A stretch of DNA of 64,000 nucleotides, taken from Longimicrobiales bacterium. GTDB taxonomy: Bacteria; Gemmatimonadota; Gemmatimonadetes; Longimicrobiales; Gaopeijiaceae. This document shows, piece after piece, positions 1-11,242 of the stretch. The stretch's first letter is position 1, and each line of letters begins with the position of its first letter. A program made the translations under genes and the position numbers. The stretch spans positions 480,001 to 544,000 of the forward strand of contig JAWLHJ010000003.1 of assembly GCA_041690395.1 (NCBI GenBank), read 5' to 3'. Below the pieces are notes generated by a model. That model did no database searches, was not told where the DNA came from, and saw only the letters and a program-made list of their open reading frames with translations.

Positions 1-104
1 CGTCCGAAGGTCTCGTGCAGGTGGACCTCCGCGCCGCCGCTCTTCGGGTTCTCACGGTCGAGCCAGTTGACCACCAGAATCCTCAGAGGGCGGCCCGGGG
101 TCAC
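1..104 (-). CDS. Glycosyltransferase family 4 protein, 5' end only (runs off window)
   Basis: Manual translation from GTG at 104 (GTGA overlap with nusB stop): MTPGRPLRILVVNWLDRENPKSGGAEVHLHETFG, typical GT4 N-terminus. Confidence 0.75.
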   Translation of the reverse strand, partial: MTPGRPLRILVVNWLDRENPKSGGAEVHLHETFG

Positions 105-559
105 GCGTTCCGCCCTGCCCCGGTCTGCTTGTAGAGGGCGTCGAGCACGCCGTTCACGAAGCGCGGCGATTCCATGCCCCCGTAGGCCTCGGCGAGGCGG
201 ATCGCCTCCTGGATGGCCACCTTGGGCGGGATGTCCTCGCCGTACAGGAGCTCCGCGGCCCCGATGCGCAGCACCGCCCGGTCGATCGCCGCCAGCCGCT
301 CGAGCCGCCAGTTCTGAAGGGCTCCGCTGAGGGCCCGGTCTATCGCGGCTCCGTGGTCGTCCAGGGTCCCGAGCAGCTTGCGTACGTAGGGGACGCGGCT
401 CGGCGCGATGCGCCGCGTGGCCATGGTCTCGACCAGCGCGTCGCGCAGCAGACCGTCCCGGCCTGCGCTCTCCCACCGGTAGTGGATCTGGAGCGTCCAG
501 GCGCGCGCCCGGCTCCGGTCGATACGCTCGGCCCGGTCCAACCCCGTGGCGCCCCTCAT
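101..559 (-). CDS. nusB: Transcription antitermination factor NusB
   Basis: C-terminal part of ORF 101..1102; motifs NWRLERLAAIDRAVLR, EAIRLAEAYG, FVNGVLD; ATG at 559 overlaps ribH stop. Confidence 0.93.
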   Translation of the reverse strand: MRGATGLDRAERIDRSRARAWTLQIHYRWESAGRDGLLRDALVETMATRRIAPSRVPYVRKLLGTLDDHGAAIDRALSGALQNWRLERLAAIDRAVLRIGAAELLYGEDIPPKVAIQEAIRLAEAYGGMESPRFVNGVLDALYKQTGAGRNA

Positions 560-1043
560 CGTCCGGCCACGGTGCGGAAGACGCTCACCATCTCGACGGC
601 CGTCGTCGCGGCCTCGAAGCCCTTGTTGTCCGCGCCTTCCCGGGCTCGGGCGAGCGCCTGGTCGAGATCGTCCGTGGTGAGGACCCCGAACACGACCGGG
701 ATCTCCGACCGTGCGGCCACCTGTCCCAGCCCCAACGACGCGTGCTGGCAGACATAGTCGAAATGCGGCGTCTCGCCGCGGATGACGCACCCGAGCGTGA
801 CGACGGCGTCGAAGCGACCCGTGTCGACCACGCGCGCGGCCGTTTGCGGCAGCTCCCACGCGCCCGGAACCCGGAACACCTCGACCGAGTCGGCCGAGGC
901 ACCGTGCTCGTCGAGCGCGGCGCGAGCGCCCTCGAGCAGCCGCTCGGTCACGTCGGCGTTGAACCGGGAGACGACGACGGCGACGCGGAGTCCCGAGGCG
1001 TCCAGCTTGCCACGGTACTCGTCGACCGGTGATCCCTTGGAGC

Positions 1044-1047
<4 letters not shown>
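556..1047 (-). CDS. ribH: 6,7-dimethyl-8-ribityllumazine synthase
   Basis: [36 protein letters not shown] motifs. Confidence 0.97.
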
Positions 1048-2251
<1,204 letters not shown>

Positions 2252-2255
<4 letters not shown>

Positions 2256-2866
2256 GATCTATCGCTTTCCTGTGCGCGGGCGGCCAGCATCTTACCCACG
2301 TATTTTCCGATCAGGTCCCCCTCGACGTTGACGGGGTCCCCGGGCTCGAGCCGCCCCAGGTTCGTATGCTCGTAAGTGAACGGGATCAGACCGATCCCGC
2401 AGAGGGTGGGGTCCGGCATGTCGGCCACGGTCAGGCTCACCCCGTTGATGGTGATGGAGCCGCGCTCGACCGTCTGGCGCGCCACGTCCTCGGGGATTCG
2501 GACGGCGAGCCGCCAGAAGCTCCCGTCCTCTCGAATCGACTCGAGATGTCCGGTGCCATCTACATGCCCTTGCACAAGATGGCCGTCAAGCCTTCCAGTC
2601 ATCTGGAGGGCCCTCTCGAGGTTCACGATCGATCCCGGGCGGTACTGTCCGGCGACGGTCCGGCCGAGGCTCGTACCGATCACGTCGACCTCGAACGTGT
2701 CCGGCCCGAGGGCGGCCACCGTGAAGCAGGCTCCATCGACGGACACGGAGTCGCCGAGTCCCAGGGCCGGCGCGAGGTCTCCGCATTCGATGGTCACCCG
2801 ACGCGTCGTATCACCGTCGACGACGCTCCGGACCACTCCGGTCCGCTCCACGATACCGGTGAACAT
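2252..2866 (-). CDS. ribE: Riboflavin synthase (alpha chain)
   Basis: N-terminal [29 protein letters not shown]. Confidence 0.96.
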
Positions 2867-4011
2867 CAGGCGGCCGTCCGGTCGTAGGTGAGAAGCGTGT
2901 CCCGCCCGAACAACCTCGGCGACTCCACGGGCTCGAACGCGGTCCAGTCGAGGGAGTCCGCGTCGTCACCGAACGCCGGAAGCCCCTCCGCGCCGAGCGT
3001 TACGGGCGCGACGAACAGGTGCAGGCGTTGTACCCGGTCCTCGCGGAGCAGACGGTCCGCTACACGCCGGCCGCCCTCGCAGAAGATCGATCGCACCCCG
3101 ATGTCCCAGAGCACGGCCCAGACGGCCCCGAGGTCGAGGCCGTGCGGGCCCTCGCCCACCGGATGCACGTGGGCGCCGCGCTCCTCGAGCCGCTCGATCT
3201 CCGCCTCGGCGACGGCCTCACGGGTGAAGACGTGCACGGGCGCGTCCGTCCCTGTCTCGGCGAAGAGGGCCGCGTCCGACGGCGTCGACGCGCCGGAGTC
3301 CAGCACGACCCTCCGGAGCGGCCGCTCAGCGGCCGGCGCGAGCCGGACGGTGAGGCGGGGATCGTCGGCGCGCAGCGTCCCTGCCCCGACCAGCACGGCG
3401 TCGAAGCCGGACCGAAGACGATGGACCTCCCGTTCGGCCTCCGCACCGGTGATGCGGGTGCGCCGACCCGGAGCGGCCGCGATGCGCGCGTCCAGGCTCA
3501 TGGCGAGCTTGAGGGCGACGTACGGCGTGCCGTGGAGCTGGGTATGGAAGAACGCCGGGTTGTCCGCCCGGGCCTCGCGCTCCGACCAGACGGGACCCAC
3601 GACCTCCAGACCCGCGGAGCGGAGTCGCTCGCCGCCTCCGCCCGAACTCCGGCCGGGATCGGCCGCGCCGTAGACGACTCGGGTTATGCCCGCCTGAAGC
3701 AGGGCCTCGGAGCACGGGGGCGTCTTGCCGTGATGGTTGCACGGCTCGAGGCTGACGTACGCCGTGGCTCCTTCGGCCTCGCCGAGCGCTGCTTCGAGCG
3801 CCACGATCTCGGCGTGGGGCCCACCGAAGCGGGCGTGGAAGCCTTCCCCGACGACCTGTCCTTCCCGGACCAGCACGCACCCGACCAGGGGGTTCGGATG
3901 CACGCGCCCCCAGCCTCCCGCGGCCAGCTCGCGCGCGCGCTCCAGGTGCCGGAAATCCTCGTCGGTCAGCCCGCCCGTTCGCGAACCGCTGTGCCCCCCG
4001 TGCCCGCCCAT
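2866..4011 (-). CDS. ribD: Bifunctional diaminohydroxyphosphoribosylaminopyrimidine deaminase / reductase
   Basis: C-terminal part of ORF 2866..4944; PNPLVGCV, HAE, LEPCNHHGKTPPC, EGG; ATG at 4011 overlaps upstream TGA. Confidence 0.95.
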   Translation of the reverse strand: MGGHGGHSGSRTGGLTDEDFRHLERARELAAGGWGRVHPNPLVGCVLVREGQVVGEGFHARFGGPHAEIVALEAALGEAEGATAYVSLEPCNHHGKTPPCSEALLQAGITRVVYGAADPGRSSGGGGERLRSAGLEVVGPVWSEREARADNPAFFHTQLHGTPYVALKLAMSLDARIAAAPGRRTRITGAEAEREVHRLRSGFDAVLVGAGTLRADDPRLTVRLAPAAERPLRRVVLDSGASTPSDAALFAETGTDAPVHVFTREAVAEAEIERLEERGAHVHPVGEGPHGLDLGAVWAVLWDIGVRSIFCEGGRRVADRLLREDRVQRLHLFVAPVTLGAEGLPAFGDDADSLDWTAFEPVESPRLFGRDTLLTYDRTAA

Positions 4012-4976
4012 CAAGGCGTGAACCGGAGCGCGACCGAGGCGAACGCCGAACCGCGCTCCGGGTCGAAGCTCGAGGGGCTGCCGCCCGGGAGATCGGCGTA
4101 TCCTTCCGCCCATCCCCCTTCCAGGGAGAGCTGGAGGAGGAGGAAGTTCATGGAGAGCCCTCCGAAGTAGAGGCTCCGACTCGCGTCGAGCGTGCCCGTC
4201 ACGGTGGCCGGCTCCGGGCCGACACCCGCCACGGTCAGAGCGGCGTCGGTGGACGCGTCGTCCCACCCCCACCCCGCCAGCACGCCGAATCCCATCAGGT
4301 CCTTCCCCACGGTGACCCGGACCGACGTGACGGCCGGGTCGACGGTGACCGAAACGGGGTCCCCGAGCTCCATGGACCCGAGCGAGACGTCGCCGCCGAA
4401 GCGCCTCGAGGCCGAAACGGTGACCCCCGGCAGGGTGAACGACTCGCGGAGCACACCGAGCCTGGCGCCCAGGGTCGCCCCGGTCGCGCTCCCCTGAAAG
4501 CCTTCGGACGACGGTGGCATCACGAACGCCACGGAGCCGAAGACGTCGAGGGAGAGCACACCCCCGACGGTCGCCATCGGCGAGAACCCGTCGAAGACGC
4601 CGAGCCCGAGGCCCGCGTGGACCGCCGGCACGAGGAAGGACACGTCGGCCGCCGCGCCCAGGCCTTCGTCGAAGAGATCCGGAAGGCCGACGGACATGCC
4701 GCCCACACGGAGCGACGCGGACAGTCTCGGAGAGCTCCCGAGCTTCGTGCCGAGCGTCGACGAGGAGCCCGCGACCTCGGAGCCCAGACCCGCCAGGAGT
4801 CCGGTCTGTCCCACCAGGGTGCGCGCGGCGACCTCGGCGTTCGCGCACCGGTCCGGATCGCCGCCGCCGAGCGCGCACCGGCCGGCCAACTCGCCGGGCT
4901 CCTGGGCCTGCGTGCCGCCGGCCGCGGCCAGCCCCAGGACACACGCGACCAGAGCGGCCGTCCGTGACGGGATCAC
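4011..4976 (-). CDS. Hypothetical exported protein, possibly outer-membrane beta-barrel
   Basis: Signal peptide ending AQE, Gly-rich alternating strand pattern, C-terminal ALRFTP; overlaps both neighbours. Confidence 0.65.
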   Translation of the reverse strand: MIPSRTAALVACVLGLAAAGGTQAQEPGELAGRCALGGGDPDRCANAEVAARTLVGQTGLLAGLGSEVAGSSSTLGTKLGSSPRLSASLRVGGMSVGLPDLFDEGLGAAADVSFLVPAVHAGLGLGVFDGFSPMATVGGVLSLDVFGSVAFVMPPSSEGFQGSATGATLGARLGVLRESFTLPGVTVSASRRFGGDVSLGSMELGDPVSVTVDPAVTSVRVTVGKDLMGFGVLAGWGWDDASTDAALTVAGVGPEPATVTGTLDASRSLYFGGLSMNFLLLQLSLEGGWAEGYADLPGGSPSSFDPERGSAFASVALRFTP

Positions 4977-6013
4977 GTGTACCGGACCCCCGATCCTTCG
5001 GTCACCCGTCCGATGACCCTCGCGCCCAGGCCGGCCGCGGCGGCGGCGTCGAGCACCTCGCCGGCGTCGCCCTCGCGGGCCACGGCGATCATGCCGACGC
5101 CCATGTTGAAGACGCGGTCCATCTCGTCACGGGACACCTTCCCCGCCTCCTGGAGCGTCCGGAAGACGGCCGGGACCTCCCAGGAGCTCCGGTCCACGAC
5201 CGCGCCGAGCCCCTCGGGGAGCACGCGCGGCAGGTTGCCGGGAATGCCGCCGCCGGTGATGTGGGCGAGCCCCCGCACCCGGCCGGCCTCGAGCAGCGGC
5301 CAGAGGAGCGGGAGGTAGCTCCTGTGCACGGCGAGTAGCTCGTCGGCCACGGAGCGCCCCGTGCCCGGGAGCTCGTCGTCGACGCCGAGTCCCATGACCT
5401 CGAACACGATCTTCCGGGCGAGCGTGTATCCATTCGTGTGCAGCCCCGAGGCGTCGATGCCCACCAGAGCGTCTCCCTCACGGATGGCCGAGCCGTCGAG
5501 GATGCGGCCGTGCTCCACGACGCCCACGATGAAGCCCGCCAGATCGTATTCGTCCGCCGCGTAGAAGTCGGGCATCTGGGCCGTCTCGCCGCCCAGGAGC
5601 GCACACCGGTTCTCCTTGCACGCCGTCGCCACGCCGTGCACCACGTCGTGCACCACCGTCTCGTCCATCTCACCCGTGGCGAGGTAGTCGAGGAAGAAGA
5701 GCGGCTTCGCACCCTGCACCAGGATGTCGTTGACGCAGTGGTTCACCAGGCACTGACCCACGGTGTCGTGGCGGCCGGCCAGGAAGGCCACCTTGAGCTT
5801 CGTGCCGACGCCGTCCGCGCTCGACACCAGAACCGGCGCCTCCACGTCGTCCGGAACCTGGTAGAGACCGCCGAAGGCCCCGAGCTCGGAGAGCGTGAAT
5901 CGGTCGCGGGTCGAGGCCACCAGGGCCTTCAGCCGATCCTTGGTGCGCTCGGCGGCGTCCAGATCGACACCGGCGTCGCGGTAGCTCAGTCCCTCACGCG
6001 GCCCTTCGGTCAT
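4973..6013 (-). CDS. purM: Phosphoribosylformylglycinamidine cyclo-ligase (AIR synthetase)
   Basis: YRDAGVD, DGVGTK, LFFLDY, GGETAQMP, SGLHTNGY, HITGGG, FNMGVG. Confidence 0.97.
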   Translation of the reverse strand: MTEGPREGLSYRDAGVDLDAAERTKDRLKALVASTRDRFTLSELGAFGGLYQVPDDVEAPVLVSSADGVGTKLKVAFLAGRHDTVGQCLVNHCVNDILVQGAKPLFFLDYLATGEMDETVVHDVVHGVATACKENRCALLGGETAQMPDFYAADEYDLAGFIVGVVEHGRILDGSAIREGDALVGIDASGLHTNGYTLARKIVFEVMGLGVDDELPGTGRSVADELLAVHRSYLPLLWPLLEAGRVRGLAHITGGGIPGNLPRVLPEGLGAVVDRSSWEVPAVFRTLQEAGKVSRDEMDRVFNMGVGMIAVAREGDAGEVLDAAAAAGLGARVIGRVTEGSGVRYT

Positions 6014-6933
6014 CAGACGGCCTCCACCCGGGTCTCGAACGCGGTGATCTCGCGGAACTCGGCGACGCGCCGGCGCACGTCCTCGGCCGACAGGTCCACG
6101 AGCCGGTTCACCGAGAAGCTCTCCACCGCGAACGAGCCCAGCGCGGACCCGTGCACCATGGCGAGTCTGAGATCGTGCGGATCGAGGCTCCCGGCCGCGG
6201 CCAGGTAGCCCATGAATCCGCCCGCGAAGGAGTCTCCCGCGCCGGTCGGGTCGAAGACCTCCTCGAGCGGGTATCCCGGAACGAAGAAGAGCCAGTCATC
6301 GGCGAAGAGGATCGCGCCGTGCTCACCCTTCTTCACGACCACGACCTCGGGGCCGCGGTTCTGCACCCACCGCGCCGCCTTGAGAATGTTCGGCTCGTCG
6401 GCGAGCTGGCGGACCTCCTCGTCGTTGACGATCAGGATCCGCACGCGCCCCAGGAGCGAGAGCAGCGAGTCGCGCGCGCCGTCGATCCAGAAGTTCATGG
6501 TGTCGCAGGCGACCACGTCGGGGCTCGCGACCTGGTCGAGCACGTCGTGCTGAAGCGCCGGATCGATGTTTCCGAGGAAGACGTACTTCGACTCGCGGAA
6601 GGCGTCGGGGATCTCGGGCTGGAAGTCCGCGAACACCCCGAGCTTCGTCTCGAGCGTGTCACGGGAGTTCAGGTCGAAGTGGTACTTCCCGGCCCAGAAG
6701 AAGCTCTCGCCGTCGACCTTCTGGATCCCGGTGAGGTCGGCGCCCCGCTTCTCGAGGAAGCCCAGCTCGTCCATGGGATAGTCGTTCCCCACGACGCCCA
6801 CCATCTGGACCGGCTTGAAAAGCGTGGCGGCCGCGGAGAAGTACACGGCCGAGCCTCCGATGACCCGGTCTGCCTTGCCGAACGGCGTTTCCACGGAATC
6901 GAGCGCTACGCTACCTACACAGAGAATCGACAT
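6013..6933 (-). CDS. PfkB-family carbohydrate/nucleoside kinase
   Basis: GSVALD, GGSAVY, KKGEHGA, DPTGAGDSFAGG. Confidence 0.9.
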   Translation of the reverse strand: MSILCVGSVALDSVETPFGKADRVIGGSAVYFSAAATLFKPVQMVGVVGNDYPMDELGFLEKRGADLTGIQKVDGESFFWAGKYHFDLNSRDTLETKLGVFADFQPEIPDAFRESKYVFLGNIDPALQHDVLDQVASPDVVACDTMNFWIDGARDSLLSLLGRVRILIVNDEEVRQLADEPNILKAARWVQNRGPEVVVVKKGEHGAILFADDWLFFVPGYPLEEVFDPTGAGDSFAGGFMGYLAAAGSLDPHDLRLAMVHGSALGSFAVESFSVNRLVDLSAEDVRRRVAEFREITAFETRVEAV

Positions 6934-6993
6934 GTCGAGCTGACAACCTTGTTGGTACTGAAAAAGGGACGACGGATCGCGGCTGATGCAACG

Positions 6994-8688
6994 TCATTCC
7001 GCCACGTCGGCGTCTTCACGGATCATGCGCGTCGGGGCTTCGATGCCCAGAACGGCGAGCCCGTTGCGGAGCACGATCCGCACCGCGCGGGCCAACGCGA
7101 GACGCGCCCCCCGGAGGGCGGCGTCGTCCACCAGCACGGCGAGCTCCGGGTTCCGCGTGGGGTTCCCCGCGTGGTACCACGAGTTGGCCGCGCTGGCGGT
7201 CTGCTCCAGATAGTCGCACAGGACGTGGGGAGCCGTGTTCTCGGCGGCCCGCGCCAGCCAATCCGGGAACTCCCCGAGAAGCTTGAGCAGCTCCCGCTCG
7301 GTATCGGCGACGAGGAGCGCGACGTCGGCACCTTCCACGCCGACCTCGTCCGCGTCCAGCCCGGCCTTCGCGAAGATCGAGCACATGCGGGCGTGCGCGT
7401 ACTGGATCTTGTAGACGGGGTTCTTGTCCGACTGGTCGAGCGCGACGTCGAGGTCGAAGAGGAGGTGCGCGTCGGGCTTCCGCATCTGGAAGAAGTAGCG
7501 CGTCACGTCGACGCCGACCTCCTCGAAGAGCTCGCGGAGCGTCGTGTACGAGCCGGCGCGCTTGGAGAACTTGACCTCCTTGCCCTCCCGTTCGACGCGC
7601 ACCATCTGGTGCAGCACGTAGTCCGGATATCCGGCCGGAAGCCCCAGGGCCTGCAGCCCGGCCCGCACCCGCGAGACCGTTCCGTGGTGGTCCGACCCCT
7701 GGACGTTGACCACCCGCTCGTAGCCGCGTTCCCACTTGTTCATGTGGTAGGCGATGTCCGGCAGGAAGTAGGTCGGCATGCCGTTGCCACGGATCATGAC
7801 CCGGTCCTTCTGGTCGCCGAACTCGGTCGTGCGGAGCCAGGTGGCGCCCTCGTGCTCGTAGACGAGCCCCGTGCCGCGGAGCCGCTCGACCGTCTGGTCC
7901 ACGAGCCCCTCGGAGTAGAGCGAAGACTCGAGGAAGTACTCGTCGAAGTGGACGCGGAAGTCGTGCAGGTCCCGGTCCTGCTCGTCGCGGAGCATGGCCA
8001 CGGCGAAGTGCCGGACGACGTCGAGCGCGTCCTGGGAGTCGTCGTCCCGGTAGCGGTCGCCCGCCTCGTCGATCAGTGCCTGCGCGATGTCGATGACGTA
8101 CGCGCCCTGGTACCCGCCCTCGGGGACCGCCTCGTCCCGACCGAGCAGCTCCCGGTAGCGGGCCCGCACGCTGAGCGCGAGCAGGTCCATCTGATTGCCG
8201 CTGTCGTTGTAGTAGAACTCGCGGTGCACCTGGTGGCCGGTCCATTCCAGGAGCGCGGAGATCCCGTCTCCGAGGGCCGCCTGGCGTCCGTGCCCGAGGT
8301 GGAGCGGGCCGGTCGGGTTGGCCGAGACGAACTCGACCATGACGCGCCGACCGCCGCCGAGGTCACTCCTCCCGTAGTCCTCGTCGGCCTCGAGGATGTC
8401 CTCGATGACCGAGGCCACCGCGCCGGACGAGAGCCGGAAGTTCAGGAAGCCCGGACCCGCGACCTCGACCGCGTCGACACCGGCCGACGCGAGATCGAGC
8501 CGGTCGGCGATCTCGTCGGCGATCTGACGAGGTGCCTTGCGGAGGCGGCCGGCGAGGGTCATGGCCACGTTGCTGGCCAGGTCGCCGTGAGAGGGGTCAC
8601 GCGGCCGCTCGAGCTGGATCTCGTCCACCTCCGCGCCGAGTTCCTCGATCACCGCCCGGAGGGCGTTACGGATCGCGTCCTGGGCCAC
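6994..8688 (-). CDS. argS: Arginine--tRNA ligase
   Basis: GPGFLNF, EFVSANPTGPLHLGHGR (HIGH-like), FSKRAG, QYAHAR. Confidence 0.97.
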   Translation of the reverse strand: MAQDAIRNALRAVIEELGAEVDEIQLERPRDPSHGDLASNVAMTLAGRLRKAPRQIADEIADRLDLASAGVDAVEVAGPGFLNFRLSSGAVASVIEDILEADEDYGRSDLGGGRRVMVEFVSANPTGPLHLGHGRQAALGDGISALLEWTGHQVHREFYYNDSGNQMDLLALSVRARYRELLGRDEAVPEGGYQGAYVIDIAQALIDEAGDRYRDDDSQDALDVVRHFAVAMLRDEQDRDLHDFRVHFDEYFLESSLYSEGLVDQTVERLRGTGLVYEHEGATWLRTTEFGDQKDRVMIRGNGMPTYFLPDIAYHMNKWERGYERVVNVQGSDHHGTVSRVRAGLQALGLPAGYPDYVLHQMVRVEREGKEVKFSKRAGSYTTLRELFEEVGVDVTRYFFQMRKPDAHLLFDLDVALDQSDKNPVYKIQYAHARMCSIFAKAGLDADEVGVEGADVALLVADTERELLKLLGEFPDWLARAAENTAPHVLCDYLEQTASAANSWYHAGNPTRNPELAVLVDDAALRGARLALARAVRIVLRNGLAVLGIEAPTRMIREDADVAE

Positions 8689-8690
8689 GC

Positions 8691-9002
8691 TCAGCCGTCC
8701 GACTTCGGCGTCGCCGGGGTCGAGGCGGGCTTCTTGTCCCCGCCCTCGCCTCCGGAGCCACCACCACCGGAGCTTCCCCCGTCGCTCGCGGGCGCCTCCT
8801 TAGACGCCTTCTTCTTGTACTCGTCCGAGCGGTAGTCGGTGATGTAGAACCCGTCCCCCTTGAACAGGAAGCCGGCCCCGCCGGAGATCAGGCGCTCCGC
8901 CTCGGCCCCGCAGTCGGGGCACGAAGCGACCGGATCGTCCGACATCCTCTGGAAGACCTCGAAGCGGTGCCCCTTGGGGCAGCGGTACTCGTACGTAGGC
9001 AT
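8691..9002 (-). CDS. FmdB-family zinc-ribbon protein
   Basis: MPTYEYRC..GH, CPDCG, FKGDGFYITDY; low-complexity Gly/Ser tail. Confidence 0.9.
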   Translation of the reverse strand: MPTYEYRCPKGHRFEVFQRMSDDPVASCPDCGAEAERLISGGAGFLFKGDGFYITDYRSDEYKKKASKEAPASDGGSSGGGGSGGEGGDKKPASTPATPKSDG

Positions 9003-9138
9003 CGGATTTCGTTGGTGACAGACGTTCGAGCGGACGGTTCAAGCGACCCTCCCGAGCTCCGGGAAGCGCGCGCCGTCGTCAGTTCAAAGAGCCTTGAAAG
9101 TTAACGATTGTCCCGGCCGTGCGGAAATCAGGACCCGC

Positions 9139-10692
9139 TCAGCCATCGTACGTGCCCCAGACCTCCCGAAGCGCGTCGCTGATCTCGCCGAGCGTGACCT
9201 CCGCCCGGACCGCGTCGATGATCGGCGGCATGAGGTTCTCGTCGGTTCCGGCGGCCGAGCGGATGCGTTCGAGCGCGGCCCGGACGTCTTCGTCTCGTCG
9301 ACGCGCCTTGAGCGCGGAGAGCCGCTCCTGCTGTCCACCTTCGAGGGCGGAGTAGTCCGGCTGCCCGATCCGCGCGCCCTTCTCGTCCTCGACCTGCTCG
9401 TTCACGCCGACCACCTTCCGGCGGCCCGCCTCGACGTCCTGCTGGAACGCGTAGGCCGCCTTGTGGATCTCCTCCTGCATGAACTCGATGGCGCGGGCGG
9501 CGCCGCCCATCTCCTCGATGCGCTCGAGGTATTCCCGGGCCCGCTGCTCGACCTCGTCCGTGAGCGCCTCCACGAAGTGCGAGCCGCCGAGCGGGTCCGC
9601 CGTGCGGGTGATGCCCGACTCGGAGGCCAGGATCTGCTGCGTGCGGAGGGCCAGCTTCGCCGACTCCGTGGTGGGAAGCGCCAACGCCTCGTCGTACCCG
9701 TTCGTGTGGAGCGACTGGGTGCCTCCGAGGGTCGCGGCCAGCGCCTGCACGGCCACGCGCACGACGTTGTTCAGCGGCTGCTGGGCCGTGAGGGTGGAGC
9801 CCCCCGTCTGCGTGTGGAAGCGGAGCCGCGCCGCCTTGTCGGAGCCGCCGAACCGCTCGCGCATGATCGTGGCCCAGAGCCTCCGGGCCGCCCGGAACTT
9901 CGCGACCTCCTCGAAGAGGTCGTTGTGGGCCGCGAAGAAGAACGAGAGCCGCGGGGCGAAGGACTCGAGGTCGAGCCCGGACGCGAGCGCCCGCTCGACG
10001 TACTCGATGCCGTTGGCGAAGGTGAAGGCGATCTCCTGCGGGGCCGTCGATCCGGCCTCCCGGATGTGGTAACCCGAGATGGAGATCGTATTCCAGCGCG
10101 GCACCTCGGTGGAGCAGAACGCCATGATGTCCGAGACGAGCCGGAGGCTCGGGTCCACGGGATAGATGTACGTGCCCCTGGCGATGTACTCCTTCAGGAC
10201 GTCGTTCTGGATGGTTCCCGAGAGCTTCTCGCGCGGGACACCCTGCTCGTCGCCGAGCGCCACGTAGAGCGCCAGCAGGATGCCGGCCGTGGCGTTGATG
10301 GTCATCGAGGTCGAGACCTCGTCGAGCCGGATCCCCTGGAAGAGCCGCCGCATGTCCTCGAGGGAGTCGATGGCGACGCCGACGCGTCCCACCTCCCCTT
10401 GGGCCATCGACGCGTCCGAGTCGTACCCCATCTGGGTGGGCAGGTCGAACGCGACCGAAAGCCCGGTCTGTCCTCGCTCCAGGAGATACCGGAAGCGCTC
10501 GTTGGTCTCCTCCGCGGTCCCGAACCCGGCGTACTGCCGCATGGTCCAGACGCGCCCGCGGTACATGTCCGGGTAGACGCCCCGCGTGAACGGGTACTCC
10601 CCGGGAACGCCGGTCTCGCCGTGGGCGCTCTCTTCGTAGAGTGCCTCGACGGGGATCCCGCTGTCGGTCATGGCATCGCGCTCGTCGCTCAT
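9139..10692 (-). CDS. Methylmalonyl-CoA mutase, substrate-binding (large) subunit without B12-binding domain
   Basis: [45 protein letters not shown]; Tyr (RQY) and Arg (ARGT) are methylmalonyl-type specificity residues; start taken at ATG 10692. Confidence 0.92.
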   Translation of the reverse strand: MSDERDAMTDSGIPVEALYEESAHGETGVPGEYPFTRGVYPDMYRGRVWTMRQYAGFGTAEETNERFRYLLERGQTGLSVAFDLPTQMGYDSDASMAQGEVGRVGVAIDSLEDMRRLFQGIRLDEVSTSMTINATAGILLALYVALGDEQGVPREKLSGTIQNDVLKEYIARGTYIYPVDPSLRLVSDIMAFCSTEVPRWNTISISGYHIREAGSTAPQEIAFTFANGIEYVERALASGLDLESFAPRLSFFFAAHNDLFEEVAKFRAARRLWATIMRERFGGSDKAARLRFHTQTGGSTLTAQQPLNNVVRVAVQALAATLGGTQSLHTNGYDEALALPTTESAKLALRTQQILASESGITRTADPLGGSHFVEALTDEVEQRAREYLERIEEMGGAARAIEFMQEEIHKAAYAFQQDVEAGRRKVVGVNEQVEDEKGARIGQPDYSALEGGQQERLSALKARRRDEDVRAALERIRSAAGTDENLMPPIIDAVRAEVTLGEISDALREVWGTYDG

Positions 10693-10693
10693 C

Positions 10694-11242
10694 TCAGCCT
10701 TCCTCACCCTGGTCCGGCGCGTCACCCTGGTCCGGCGCCTCGAAGTCGACGAGCACCTGTCCCTTCTCGACCGTGTCGCCCGCGCTCACGTGCACGGAGG
10801 CCACCACGCCGGCGGCCTCGGCCTTGAGCTCGTTCTCCATCTTCATCGCCTCGACGATGACCACGCCCTGTCCCGGCTGGACCTCGTCGCCCTCGGCGAC
10901 CTCGATCTTCACCACGAGCCCGGGCATGGGCGCCTTGATCGGCTTAGGGCCCGCCGCTCCAGCCGCCGCGCCCGTGAGCTCACGGATGGCCCGCGTGCGC
11001 TCGTCGACCACCTCCGTCTCCACCCGGCGCCCGGAGACGTTGAGCCCCCACGCGCCCTTGCCGAGCCGATGGGCCACGATGCGGTGCGACGCGCCGTCCA
11101 GCGAGAGGCCGCGGACCGGCGTCCCGTCGAGCGTGGAGAGGTCGGTGTCGACCGAGCGGCCGTCGACCGACACGCCCTCGCTCCCGATGAGGACCTCGAA
11201 GGTCCGTTCGCCAATGGTCACGTGATACAGCAATTCACTCAC
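10694..11242 (-). CDS. Biotin carboxyl carrier subunit of acyl-CoA carboxylase
   Basis: APMPGLVV and EAMKMENE biotinylation motif. Confidence 0.93.
   Translation of the reverse strand: MSELLYHVTIGERTFEVLIGSEGVSVDGRSVDTDLSTLDGTPVRGLSLDGASHRIVAHRLGKGAWGLNVSGRRVETEVVDERTRAIRELTGAAAGAAGPKPIKAPMPGLVVKIEVAEGDEVQPGQGVVIVEAMKMENELKAEAAGVVASVHVSAGDTVEKGQVLVDFEAPDQGDAPDQGEEG

Noticed and set aside
10704..10738. 17-bp direct duplication at the 3' end of the biotin carrier gene
   Set aside because: Simple in-frame slippage in a disordered tail (APDQG twice)
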